NCBI GenBank assembly: GCA_951406725.2
Contig: OX597816.1
Coordinates: forward strand, 115,816,001-115,880,000
From: Octopus vulgaris
Taxonomy: Eukaryota
Length of the DNA stretch: 64,000 bases
Direction of reading: 5' to 3'
The translations under genes and the position numbers were made by a program. Positions within the stretch are counted from its first letter, which is position 1. Each line of letters begins with the position of its first letter. Of the stretch, positions 1-13,115 are shown in pieces. The notes below the pieces were generated by a model. The model saw only the letters and a program-made list of their open reading frames with translations, had not been told where the DNA came from and ran no database searches.

Positions 1-1079
1 GATATTTTCTTTTTTTCAAGTGAAGCAAGAAAAATATTGAAATGAAAGAAATGAGTTAATAAAATACCGGTTAAATGTAAACAAAAAAGAAAAGAAAAAC
101 GCAGATAATCTTTCTCTTATTCCGTTACAAAAAAATATTAGTAAATTATTGACTAGCAGAAATTTTTCAGATAAACAATATCTTGCAATTCAGTTACATT
201 CGTTTTTTTTTTCTTCTCTTCTTAATAAATATTTATTTATTTTACACTTGATGGCGCCCGTATAAAATCCACGGATGACAAATGCTTAGTTTTATAGTAA
301 TTAAATGCGGCAAAATGTATTTAAAGGGATTAATTAAACAACATACACATTGCTCTATAACATTTAATAAATATGAAATATACATAAAATTATAATATCG
401 ACTACGTACAGTTTATATAGGGACAGTAACATTATAATCTACATGTCTCCTCAATATTCAAATAAAAAAACGGCCTATCAGTATTTTAACAAAATTCGCT
501 GATAATAAAAGTATTAGAACAACTAACGGAGTTTGATGGGCATATCAGGGGTACAGACAAACGGAGAGAATGGGGTTCGTGGTTAATTACACAAGTAGAT
601 TATTAAATAATAATTCACTTCTCGATGGAAGCTCTATGACTTTACATAGCAGCCAGATCTTCCTTAAATTACATTTTATCGTGTTAAAATTAAACATATA
701 CGACAAAAGAAAAACTAATTATTCCTGGAATACTTTTGTTTATAAGGCTGCTCAGTTGGAGATGATCTTAGGCTAAGATGTAATAAAACATATTACTTTT
801 TGACTTTGCTATATTTAGAAGCATTCTATGTAACATGGGAAAACAGTGTCCGGATCCTAAGATGAAGTTACAGATATGAAATTATGCATCTTGTCAGAAA
901 TGAAGCTGTTCTGTCATACAGAAGTGCAACATTGTAACAGGTGCATTACCTAAACAGACAGGAGGATTGCAATTTAACACCTTATAAAGCGAGTCCGTGT
1001 CACCTAGTGGTTAGAACGTACGAAGTAAAATAAATGTTAAAAAAAAAAAGAAAACATCAATAATGAAAAATCGCTACCC

Positions 1080-1635
1080 GTGCAGAGGAGCGCAAAACTC
1101 AATGCTAAGAATGAAGGATTCTACATTGTTGCAAGCTGTTAAAAAAATTCTTCCAGAAATCACCAGAATAAGTTACCCAACTGTAAAACATGCTTGGAGG
1201 TACGCAAACATAATTATCTATATTAATCCGGGCTGTCCAGTCTTAGCCAAGAAAGATGATATCTACAAGCATAACAGAGTGATAGCATACATAGGCAGGA
1301 AAAATATATAAGCAAAAAGTAGGTAATATATATATATATATGTGTGTGTGCGTGTGCGTGTGTGTGCGTGTGTGTGTATGTCTAAAACGATCTCAAAAGC
1401 TGGCAGAGTGACGATGCTTTGCGATATAGCAGTCTTGGCAGAGAAGTATAAAAAGGCTAATTTTGGCAGTCCCAACCAAGAAAGAATTGCATCCTCATCA
1501 CAATGTCAGCTCCAGCTCCAGCAGTCATTAACGTATTAATCAATGCAAAACAAAACACTGCATATAACAAAGAACAGAACTGAGCTTGGTAGTGACAAGA
1601 AAACACACAACTTAAAATAGAAGTAAGACTACTGA
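1080..1635 (+). mobile_element. Ancient R4/Dong-clade LINE fragment (zinc knuckle/RLE region), interrupted by a TA/GT microsatellite
   Basis: GCPVLAKKDDIYKHNRVIAYI matches GCPVLAKKEYIHRHDRVETYI of the copy at 49.6-50.3 kb. Downstream, VTMLCDIAVLAEKYKKAN resembles ATILWYMPIHTNREIKAN. Confidence 0.7.
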
Positions 1636-1721
1636 ACAATTATAGTAGCAATAACAACATCAGCAGCTGCAACAACAACAGCAATAGCATTTGTAGTAAT
1701 AATTATAATAATAATAATACC

Positions 1722-1928
1722 TTCTTTTATAGGTATAAGGACTGAGGTTTTGGAAAGGGTGCTAGTCGATAACATCATCTCCGGTGTACAAGAGGCACGT
1801 ATCTTAGGATCCCGTTAGGATGAAAAGTAAAGTTGATCTCAGTGAAATTTGAACTCACAACGTAAAGACGGACAAATTGCTGCTAAGCATTTTGCCCGGC
1901 GTGCTAACATTTCCGCCAGCTCACCACC
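1722..1928 (-). mobile_element. tRNA-derived SINE family A, diverged copy
   Basis: Contains aatttgaactcacaacgtaaagacggac...gctaagcattttgcccggcgtgctaac...gccagctc, matching other family A copies in the window. Confidence 0.8.
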
Positions 1929-1929
1929 A

Positions 1930-1930
1930 A

Positions 1931-1988
<58 letters not shown>

Positions 1989-2010
1989 TTAATAATAATA
2001 ATAATATTAC

Positions 2011-2052
<42 letters not shown>

Positions 2053-2095
2053 TAATAATAATAATAATAATAACAATATAATAATGATAATAATA
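1930..2095. repeat. (AAT)n microsatellite
   Basis: Seen directly. It abuts the 5' end of a Dong fragment. Confidence 0.97.
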
Positions 2096-2520
2096 GGAAG
2101 ACTGTATGTACCAAGAAAAAGAGGGGGAAGAGGATTTATCGGATGCGAACACAGCAATAGAGCTGAAGAAAACAACATAGTATGGTATGTAAAAATACCA
2201 CAGAACCGCTATTATTAGATGTAAGAAGGTCAGGCTTTTGTAGGATGAAGAAATGCAAAGATAAAGCACTGTACAAGCAATTGAAAACGAATGAAACTGA
2301 AAACAGGTAGGTCAAGAAAAGAATGCATGGACAATTTCATAGGGATGTTGAAGATAAGACAGACAGAGAAAAAAGATGGCTGTGAATGACTAAAAGTGAT
2401 TTAAAACCGGAAACGGGGGCTCTAATCTGTACAGCCCAAGAGCAAGCACTAAGAAGAAACTACATAAAATACAGAATAGACAACACATCAGAAAATGGTA
2501 AGTGCAGAATCTGTGGACAA
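2096..2520 (+). mobile_element. R4/Dong-clade LINE fragment (post-RT region to zinc knuckle)
   Basis: RLYVPRKRGGRG, MHGQFHR and KSDLKPETGALICTAQEQALRRNYIK...CRICG, with stops and frameshifts. Cut off by a SINE at 2521. Confidence 0.88.
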
Positions 2521-3064
2521 AATTAAGTTCCAGTTAATCACTGGAGTCGATGTAATCGACTTTATCCCTTTGTCTGTCCTTGTTTGTCCCCTCTGTGTTT
2601 AGCTCCTTGTGGGCAATAAAGAAATAAGAAACATCCTTCCGAGAAGGCGGCGAGCTAGTAGAAACGTTAGCACGCCGGGCGAAATGCTTAGCGGTATTTC
2701 GTCTGCCGTTCTGAGTTCAAATTCCGCCGAGGTCGAATTTTCCTTTCATTCTTTCGGGGCCGATAAATTAAGCGCCAGTTACGCACTGGGATCGATGTAA
2801 TCGACTTAATCAATGTGTCTGTCCTTGTTTGTCTCCTCTGTGTTTAGCCCCTTGTGGGTAGTAAAGAAATAGGTATTTCGTCTGCCGCTACGTTCAGAGT
2901 TCAAATTCCGCCGAGGTCGACTTTGCCTTTCATCCTTTCGGAGTCGATTAAATAAGTACCAGTTACGCACTGGGGTCGATATAATCGACTTAATCGGTTT
3001 GTCTGGCCTCTGTTCTTGTTTATCACCTCTGTGTGTAGCCCCTTGTGGGCAATAAAGAAATAAG
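2521..3064 (+). mobile_element. Three tandem units of SINE family A (2521-2628, 2646-2872, 2873-3064)
   Basis: Head ggcggcgagct...gttcaaattcc (B-box-like), core gcctttcatcctttcgg..tcgat.aa.taagtacc, and tail gtccttgtttgtc...aagaaata(a)g, repeated. Confidence 0.92.
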
Positions 3065-4019
3065 TAACAGTATTAGTAGCTATGAGAGCATCAGCAGAAC
3101 TAGCTTTTGGTGCTGTTTTCCCACTTTATTCAGAATTCATGTTCATCCTCTCTACTGTGTAAAAGTTTCGAAAATTTCTTTCTCATTTGTATTTCTTCTT
3201 CTTGTTTTCGTTCTCCTTTTATTCTGTATCCTCTTCTGCTATATTCTCTTCACCTCTCCTCCCAATTACTATCATTACGTTCCTATTCCTCGACATTGAT
3301 ATTATAATATAATATCATTTATGTATATATTTTTAGCTGGAAGTTCAAATTAATCCCGAAGATTCGTGAGTTTTGTTTAATATCTTCATGTAACTTGACT
3401 GAAAAAAAAAATAGATTAAAAAAGAAAAAAGTACGAAAGAAAAGAAAATGAAAGAATTATTAAATCAAATTATTTTTTCTGTTATAGTTAATGTTACGCT
3501 GAATGTTTTGGGGGAAGGGGCGTTTATTTTTGCTAATTTATTTTATTTATTTTCCCGATTCTTGTCACATACAATAAGAAACTAAATATTAAACAAGCAC
3601 AGCATCTATGACAAGAGCAACAGATAAAAAAAAATTAACAACGATTCAAAGAATATTGAAATAGAAAAACAAAAAATGTTAAAATAATAAAAAAATCGAA
3701 GAATAACATGACTAAAATAGGGCAAAATATTTATGATACGACTCATACTATCTTTGAGATATTGAATTTGTTCTTAAATAACATATAATTTCTATCAAAG
3801 ACATGAAGATAGTTCAGACTGATTGGTTCCAGTGAGGAGTTTTTCAAATTCTAATCAGATTAAATAAAATGTCTTCCATCGGAACAGCCAATCATATTAT
3901 TTTCTTTACGTTATCATTGGTGGGTTGCGGGATAGGGAAGCTCCTTATAAGACACACATACATTTAATTGACTTATTGAACAAATATTGATTGCTATTTG
4001 ACACGAATGTATGAAAATG

Positions 4020-4400
<381 letters not shown>

Positions 4401-4439
4401 ATGATAGGTCGCTCTCAAGCGCTTTTGTTAACATGTAAC

Positions 4440-5685
4440 TCAATGCAACCTGTTGCATGGTTGGGCTGTCGGTGACTAAATTGGCAACTCCCCCAAGCTC
4501 GCTTGATGAGGACGGTGATTTTTGGACACCCTCTGACAAAATCCATCAAAGGGTGGAAGAACTCATGGGATCAAATGGCCGTTCGAATTATGTGCATATA
4601 TGCACATGCAGGGTTGATTGATCTCTTTAGACTTATTATACAGGCAACCTAACAGATTGTACCTTACTTCCTGACGACTACAGTAACGGGGAGATCAAAC
4701 TTCGTGAGAATAAAACATGCAGGCTCTAGAATCAGCTACTAGAACAACCTCAGAACAACCTCAGGATTGCCAAGAGCCTAGAACAACCTCAGGATTTCAG
4801 TGACAGAACCATGCACTTCCGACCATTTTATGACTGTCCATTTTGTTTATGCACCCACTATTAACAGCAGCAACGAATCAACGTATTTACCGTGGCTTTA
4901 TATCAAAAGCCTATATCAGTTATAACTTTGAATCCAAAAGCAGAAAAGATCCTCCTTCTTGGTGATTTCAATGCTTGTGTTTGATTAATCACGATACCTA
5001 CGATGCACTTGAAAAATATGATCTAGGTAAGATGGACAGTTATGGTCCTCGCTTTCTGCACTGAATTTGAACTTGTCATTTGCAACACTGTTTTTCATCA
5101 GAAGGATATTCATATGGTTACTTGGTTACATTATCACCAGGAAAAAAACCTTTTGTCTTAGTTATGTGGGGTGCAGAATGTGGGACAGGCGATAAGGTCT
5201 TGCGGGGTAAATTGAAACCCCACATCATGCGTAAAATAAACCTGAGGGAATAAAACTCCATAAAGAATAGATGTGGTGAAATATATATATCCTTATTCGT
5301 GAGCTCCGTTATACTAACGATGTAGTTCTCGTTGCTCTTATCGAAGAAGATGTGCAGTTTATAATGGGTCTCTAATTTAGCATTGCTTTTCGATTTACCA
5401 GTAGTCTGGAGAAGACAAAGACATGTTCTTTTAGCCTCTATGCTAGCCCTAAGTCGAACCTAATATCTTCGTCCGGGGTATAAGATTAGATTTGCCCGAC
5501 TCCTTCGACTACCTTAGCAGCACTCTCTTTAGTGATGGATCTCTTGATTCCAGCAAAGGTTTGAAAATCATGTGATCTGATAAGTATCACCACCAAGACT
5601 AAACACGACGTCTGTGAATCTTAACTGCCTTGTATGTAGTCTGTCGAGACTGGGACTACATAACGTCGTCAGAAACTCCGAGAAG
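4440..5685 (+). mobile_element. RTE-clade LINE relic with internal deletions (APE endonuclease and RT fragments)
   Basis: VYAPT, KILLLGDFNACV and CTEFELVICNTVFHQKDIHMVTW (APE). LIRELRYTNDVVLVA (decayed YADD region) and FDYLSSTL (RT). Confidence 0.85.
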
Positions 5686-6590
5686 AGATAAGCAGGCCGA
5701 AACTTCGAAGTCACAGTCAACACTATTCTTATTAGAGAAAAATAAATGTGAACATTAACAAAAAGTATGTCGTCTAATGTTGAATTGTTTTTTTATAGAA
5801 AATTCCAAATGAAACCAAACATGTAAGGATATATATAAGTAGTATATAGATAGATAGACAAATAGATAGACAGATAGATGCACACTCCTACATACACACA
5901 CACTTGTATACATATATACATGCATACACACCGCCCATACACACACACTCACCCCCCACACACTCACACACACACACACACACTCACTCCCACACACACA
6001 CATATATCTTATTCGTTAACATCATCGGATGTTTCTTTGTAGAATCAAATTTATTACTTTGTCCCTCTCTTTTGTAAATAACAAATGCACGCGTACGCAC
6101 ACACACACACACACATACTCACACATATACACATACACGCACTCGCACCCGCACACACATACATATGTACACGCGCACGAATACATGCACATACATACAC
6201 ACACACATATACATATACCAAAATATCATCACATCTTGCTGTTCCTTGCACTAGAAAATAGTCCCAGGTGTTAATCGAGGCTAAATGAATTATCTTTAAA
6301 AAATGTCCCATGAAATTATAGATATTTCTGTTCATAATTATAATCTTTCTATTGAAAAGAGTGAACGCAAAAAATATCTTTCTTCAGACTTTAGAACAAT
6401 AATCGATAACCTGTTATTAATGTTGTCAGTATTACAGATATTATTAGGGTACTAAATTGGTGTAGCTGATAACAAGATCATTGCTCCATTAGTTACATCG
6501 CTTCTTTCTGAGTTCAAATTCCATATGGCTTGCTTAACCTTCGGTCATCCTGGATCTGACAAATAAGTAACACTGTAACACTTACTTCGA

Positions 6591-6978
6591 TATTGGTTTC
6601 AAATTTCGGCACAAGGCCAGCAATTTCGAGGAAAAGCGTAAGTCAATTATATCGGCTCCAGTGCACATCTGATACTTATTTTATCGATTCCGAGAGGATG
6701 AACGACACAGTCAACCTCGACAGCATTTGAGGTCAGAACGTAAAGACAGATCAAATACCTATTTCTTTACTACCCACAACGGGCTAAATACAGAGAGGAC
6801 AAACAAGGACAGACGAACGGATTAAGTCGCTTATATCGATCCCAGTGTGTAACTGGTACTTAATTTATCGACCCCGAAAGGATGAAAGGCAAAGTAATTT
6901 GAACTCAGAACGTAACGGCAGACGAAATACGGCTACGCATTTCACCCGGCGTGCTAACGTTTCTGCCAGCTCGCTACC
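6591..6978 (-). mobile_element. SINE family A dimer
   Basis: Full-head unit 6759-6978 joined to a more diverged head-truncated unit 6591-6758 with a different tail. Confidence 0.9.
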
Positions 6979-6981
6979 ACA

Positions 6982-7192
6982 CGAGGGGTGTTGAAACGTT
7001 CCTGTCTTTAAGGGTATCCCGAAAAGACTGGCGGAGAACCAATCTTCCGAGTTCTTTTGCAGTAGAGAAACTGAAGGACCCTTGTAATAAATGTGTTAAC
7101 CTGAGAGGTGAATATGTTGAATTAAATATCGATTTACAGATCTTCCTGTAATTTCTTTCACCCAAAGTCAGGAACTTATCAGCATCCTTTCG
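6982..7192 (+). mobile_element. Mariner-derived MITE (about 210 bp)
   Basis: Imperfect ~28 bp TIRs (cgaggggtgttgaaacgttcctgtcttt / aaagtcaggaacttatcagcatcctttcg), TA on the right flank, and internal EKLKDPCNKCVNLRGEYVE resembling the mariner transposase C-terminus. Confidence 0.8.
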
Positions 7193-7939
7193 TAAATACT
7201 TAGTTCGACATTTCTACTGTTTCTTACCTGCGCTATTTATACGTTTGTAATCAACGCTAATTAATAAGCATGTACAACTTTGATTTTCCGAAACTTTTGC
7301 TTCCACAGCCTTCCTTGATTACAAACATTTCTGAAGAGGCAGTGGTCAGCTTGATCAACACACTCTAAATTAAGCAAATATTAAATGTACCTAAATGATT
7401 AAATGAAATACAGGTACACATGCAATAGTATGAATGATACACGCCTAGGTACCAGTAAACTTGTCTGACGTACGCAGGAGTTTTAGGTTCCAGCTCGTAA
7501 ATTAGAGCGGACTGAAAGATGTTCCGAATGTCTGTTTCTGCAGTTTTTAGTAGTGTAAAGTTCTCAACTGACTGAGTTCATGATGTCTTTCTGGCTCTGA
7601 TATATTTCATTTAGATTGCTAATGATCTGGAGAATAGAACAAGCTTCTCGAAGTCAAATTTGTATCTCCTATGTACCGTTTTGTATATCGCCCAAGCTTT
7701 TTTAAAAATTAGGAAAAGTGGTTGTAGGCTTAAGACAACATAGTTGAAGCTGAAATGTTTGCATCAAAGTTCAGTTCGATCTGGGCAGAGAAATGGTTAC
7801 ACAACAACCATGACAACAATAGCAACAGTAATATATGCAGCGTTCAGCTAAGCTTGCTGGGCGAGGCAGAAAATTAAATTTTTTGATGAACCTTACCTAT
7901 TTTACAACATCTCACAACTAGAGAGAGAAACAGGGAAAC

Positions 7940-7980
<41 letters not shown>

Positions 7981-8175
7981 AAAAAGAAAGAGGGCAGGAA
8001 GAGAGAGAGAGAGAGAGAAAGAGAGGAAAGCGATAGACAGGCAGACACGATGAATGGCATTTTATGACATCCTTTTCCAGTTTGCATTAATTTCTTTTAT
8101 CTTATTTAAAGAATCCTTCCAAATGGCACTTCGGTGCCTGAGTGTTGTCTTAGCATTCTTGCCGCTTCTGAATCT

Positions 8176-8209
8176 GCTGCTACTGCTACTACTACTGCTA
8201 CTACTACTG

Positions 8210-8259
<50 letters not shown>

Positions 8260-8269
8260 GCTGCTGCTG

Positions 8270-8335
<66 letters not shown>

Positions 8336-8383
8336 ATAATAATAATAATAATAGTAATAATAATAATGATGATGATGATGATG

Positions 8384-8438
<55 letters not shown>
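8176..8438. repeat. Compound trinucleotide microsatellite CTA/CTG-AAT-GAT-AAT
   Basis: Seen directly. Confidence 0.97.
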
Positions 8439-8804
8439 GCCTGTGCCATCTGCACCTCCACCTCATTCCTATTTGAAATGGTATTTTGAGCTTCCGGAAT
8501 AATGTGAATATTTTTTTTCTTTTTCTTTTTTCTATTTTATTGTTTATTTATTTATTTATTTATTTACTTTAATTTAATTTTTAATTTGATGAAATAGTTA
8601 CTGAACCAGCATTTAATAATATAAACACAATGAAGCAATTCATTAACTTCTCGTACTAATCGGCTAATATGCTTAATTAACACAAGTCAGTTTAGCAAGA
8701 TATTAACAGCTGGACGGGCTTTCATGCAGAATCCAAGTCCATGGAACTGTGATTATTGGAGCAGGTTTAATTGCAGCATTTATCAAAGATGACGAGGATA
8801 AATC

Positions 8805-9110
8805 ATCATGATGATGGTGATGAAGATGATGGCGTTAATGATGATGATGATGATGATGACGAGGATACCAACGAGCACGACGATGATGAGGGTTATGATG
8901 ATGATGATAGTGATGACAATGGCTTTGATGCCGTTGATGATTACGACGATAATGTTGAAGACGATGAGGATGAGGAACATGTTGACGGCGACAACATCGA
9001 ACACAACGATGATAAGGGCTATAATGAACGTGATGGAGATGATTGTGATAATGATGATGATGATGGTGATAATGATGATGATGATGACGATGGTGATGAG
9101 GATAAGGATC
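8805..9110. repeat. Degenerate (GAT)n low-complexity tract
   Basis: Open in several frames on both strands, as expected for a decayed trinucleotide repeat. Confidence 0.85.
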
Positions 9111-9539
9111 ATACAAATGAAGCGGCATTATTTGTCAGTCTTTAAACATCTCTACAGAATTAATTACTTGGCTTATCGAGCTGAAGTTAACGAGTGTTAT
9201 ACCTCAACGTGGATTTTAGATTACCCAAGAATAGGGGCCGAATTCTGCATGACGTCTTAAAAAGAAAGAATATATTACGAATTGCGTAGTTCTAAATATG
9301 CCATACATAAATAAAGAGGGATTGTAAGAGTTGGAATGTTTTTGATAGCAGAACTTTTCGAACTATAGAGTATCATGGAGTAACATCGTCACACATTTAT
9401 TTGCTCAATATAATCAGTAAATTTTATAGTAACTCTATTATATATTTTCTACTCAAATGTAATGTTCATAGATGCCTGCCACCGAGGTTGTTTTTAATGT
9501 GTCGCATGATCATAAATGTATAATTGAAGCCCTAATTTA

Positions 9540-10196
9540 CATTGAACCGCAAAAGAAACACGATTTTTTCAAATGTAACTTTTATATGGTAAATTCTGAA
9601 AATCTATTTCGGGGATGTACGTGTAAATATCCCAAGACATTCTGGTTTATGACTGAGACCCAAATTGCAGGTAACCTTTCAACTTTCCCTAAAACGAGAC
9701 GCCAAAGTGCAGCTGCGTTGGATGCCATGGGTGGCAGTCGGAAACAATTGTCCTGAAAACCGAAAAGCACGTGCATCTCGTTGAGGTTATGGCTATAAAA
9801 ATCAACTTGAACCGCGTTCCTGAAATTCGTCATTTGGACGCATCAGGTATGACTCGTTTGTCAGCGACGCAGACAGAACAAGCTATCGGCCGATTGCAAG
9901 CAGAGCAGTGTGCTCTGGTTGATGCGAAAGCTTGCAATGTCCATATCAGCACCATCTATCGCATGTAACAGCAATACAGCACTGCAGACCGTGCCCGCAG
10001 AGGGTGCCCCCGGTACTGCGTTTCCACATCGTATGGTTGAGTGAGGGCGTGGCGTAGATGTGAGGTGGGTTGGGCAAAGCAACATGGTTTGGGTGTTGTC
10101 AGTCTGAATCAGAGAAATGGGCCCCATGTGTTCCAAAATGTTAGTGCAGGCAGAGGGAATGGCATCACAGCGCAGCACTGCGTTGACCAGATCCTA
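9540..10196 (+). mobile_element. Tc1-like DNA transposon relic, internally deleted and 3'-truncated
   Basis: From ATG 9849, MTRLSATQTEQAIGRLQA...CNVHISTIYR (paired-like HTH), then a decayed GRPR motif (DRARRGCPR) and NMVW / GITAQHCVDQIL catalytic-domain remnants. Putative left end TA|cattgaaccgcaaaagaaac. Confidence 0.8.
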
Positions 10197-10796
10197 AAAA
10201 ATAAAAGAAAAAAAGACCTTCATTACACTGATGATAAATATGTATTTTCCTGATTCGCACTTGACTTTGCACTAATCAAGATAATTTAGTGGGCTTACAA
10301 CTGATCGCCAAGAGAAAAAATCCATGTCAATTACGGTGGATTGACATGAAATAAATACCAGTTGAATACTGAGGTCGATATAATTAGCTTACTCTCTCCC
10401 TTACAATTGTCAACATTTGAAATTATCATCATTAGGAGTAGTAGTTATAGCAGCGACTGCAGCAGCAGTAGGTAGCTCCGGCAGCAGCAGCAGTAGTAGT
10501 AGTAGTAGTATTAGTAGTTCTGACGTCTACAATGAATGGGTAATGCTACATAATCGAAGAAATATAGCGATGATGAAAATAGTATGATGAGGATGTTGAC
10601 GTCGATGATGGGAAGAACGACGATTATACTGAAGAGAATAAGCATGTCGAGGATGATTAGAAAGAGAAAAAAAAGAAGTCAAGGATGTTGATAGGGGTGG
10701 GTAGCGGAGAAGGTAACGGGGGGTGGTATATTAAGGACTGAGACACAAAGAAGAAAAGGAGGATGAAAACGTGCAAATGTAATGAAAATGCTTATT

Positions 10797-10797
10797 C

Positions 10798-10867
<70 letters not shown>

Positions 10868-10896
10868 CATTATTATTGTTAGTAGTTGTAGTAGTT

Positions 10897-10976
<80 letters not shown>

Positions 10977-10983
10977 GGTGGTA
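10797..10983. repeat. Compound microsatellite ATT-AGT-GGT
   Basis: Seen directly. Confidence 0.97.
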
Positions 10984-11464
10984 GACAGACCCAGAGGGTA
11001 ACGGACACAACGACACCGGCGCCAAAAATTAAATGACGCAGCCCTCGTCCTTCAAATGCTGTCTTGTTCTTACTGTGTCTTCTGTCGATAATCTTAAAAC
11101 ACGACATAATACCTAATGAGAAAATAAATTAATCACATGACTATAAATCTTGCAGAGAAAAACTTGACAAGGCATTTAAATATTTAAAAATATTTCAAAC
11201 ACCGAAGAGGGGAAATCGGAAGATTTAGGAATTTCAGAGGAAGTAAATCATTGGGTATAAGTTAAATGTGCACGAATGTATGTAGTTTGTTTGCATATAC
11301 TTGTGTGTGTGTGTGTGTGTGTTTGTTTGTGTGTGTGTGCGCGCGCGTGTGTGTTCTACAATGAGAATATTGCAAGATATATAGGTGTATACATAAACAC
11401 ACATACACCCTTCCGCCCATGTGTATATGTATATGTGTGTGCGTATGTGTGTGTTTGTGTGTGC

Positions 11465-11504
<40 letters not shown>

Positions 11505-12399
11505 TGGGCATTATATATAAATTAATACTAACACACATATATATGGATTAATACTCACACACTTATATGGATTGATTCGCGTAATAATGTATCTTCTAAG
11601 CATTTAAAAATGAAATCGTCCAGAGAAAATGTGTGAGATAACTGACACAAAGATGAGTTGCTCCGAGTATCTCCAGTATTCTCCATGTGTCGATACTTGA
11701 GGTGATAAAAATTAAATATGGCATCAGTGGAATCTGAGCACAGAACAGAGCGAACCACAAAAAATACCACATGGTGTCACATATGATGCTGTGAAGACTG
11801 CCAACTTGGTGGCTCTTCGTAGTCATATATACACATACACACACACTCTCACACACATACACACACATACACACACACACACACTCACACACTCACACAT
11901 GCACACATATATATATATATATGCACACACGCACAAACATATATATATACTTTATATATATATATATATAGATCAATAAATGGTGGGGTTGTGTTGACCG
12001 CACGTGGAGAAATGATAAGTAAGGAAAAAATTTTTTTAAAAATGCAGAATGCTCAAATGAAAGAAAATTTTTATAAAATGAGAAATTGATAAAATATATA
12101 AATATATATTTATTCAACCGGTTTTCGTCATTGTATGACTTGTCAAGAATATTTATGTTTTAAAAAAGTTTTTTAAAAAATTAGAAAGGGAAAAAAAAGA
12201 AAATTGCATTGTTTTTTGTAAAAGAATAATGATAAAAATGTACAAAAATTTAAAAATAAGTTCTCCGATACATTGTGAGTTCGTTGTGTATCTTGAGTTT
12301 TATGGTTGTTTACGAAAAAATTACCTTGAGGTGTTAAGATCCAAAGGGATTAAGAGCATGTGTTGTGTTGTTAAATTCAGCATGTTTGCAGGACAGGAA

Positions 12400-12440
<41 letters not shown>

Positions 12441-12509
12441 GGAGTAAACACATAAATGTGAAACAAGGTGGAAAAAAGAGTACTCAAATACCAGTGGTAG
12501 AGTAATATG

Positions 12510-12640
12510 CTTTATTTTAAGCAGCAGAAAATTCAACAAAATCTGTTACTCTGAGTTTCTCGTTGCCGTTCATCTGATGAACGGCATCGAGAAACTCAGA
12601 GTAACAGATTTTGTTGAATTTTCTGCTGCTTAAAATAAAG
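12510..12640. repeat. Near-perfect palindrome, 65 bp arms, centred on a hammerhead core motif
   Basis: 12510-12574 is the reverse complement of 12576-12640 with one mismatch (12563/12587). It lies in a module bounded by (TA)n. Confidence 0.95.
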
Positions 12641-12689
12641 TATATATATATATATATATAAAATAAAGTATATATATATATATATATAC

Positions 12690-12847
12690 ATTAGTTATAG
12701 TATTTACATTTGACGGATATTTATCCTCATTTTGTGTGTTGTTAACGCAACGTTCCAGCCTTCATCAGATGTCTTGGGGAAATTTCGAAACTGGGTTCTC
12801 ATTCCTAACGTATTTTTCTATGTTGTTGTTGTTGTTATTATTATTAT

Positions 12848-12879
<32 letters not shown>

Positions 12880-12882
12880 GTG

Positions 12883-12921
<39 letters not shown>

Positions 12922-13007
12922 ATAGTATTTAGGTCACTGCTTGGAATCGAACTCGGAATCTTGGGGTTAGTAGCCTGCTCTCTTAACTACTTTGCCATAG
13001 GTCCGTG
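12690..13007 (-). mobile_element. tRNA-headed short element with internal microsatellite and a partial hammerhead motif
   Basis: Minus strand: tggcaaagtagttaag (A-box-like), gagttcgattcc (B-box), (CTA)n/(ATA)n, then CTGATGAaggctgg-aacgtt. Confidence 0.75.
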
Positions 13008-13020
13008 TAGGGTGTATCAG

Positions 13021-13115
13021 CCGAAACGATGAAAGGCAAAGTCGGCCTCGCTACTATTTAAATTCAGAACGTAAAGACGGAAACATTTTGCCCAGTGTGC
13101 TAACATTTCAGCAAG
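13021..13115 (-). mobile_element. SINE family A fragment
   Basis: gatgaaaggcaaagtcggcctc...aattcagaacgtaaagacgg...gtgctaac. Confidence 0.75.

Noticed and set aside
4440-4580. Possible HDV-like ribozyme in the RTE 5' region
   Set aside because: Such ribozymes are known in RTE elements, but I could not assign the nested pseudoknot stems by eye.
8771-9145. Asp-rich 124 aa ORF resembling an acidic biomineralisation protein
   Set aside because: A decayed (GAT)n tract open in several frames, with a TTG start, no signal peptide and no splice support.
12932-13005. tRNA gene
   Set aside because: The cloverleaf is degenerate and continues into a repeat body, so it is a SINE head rather than a functional tRNA.
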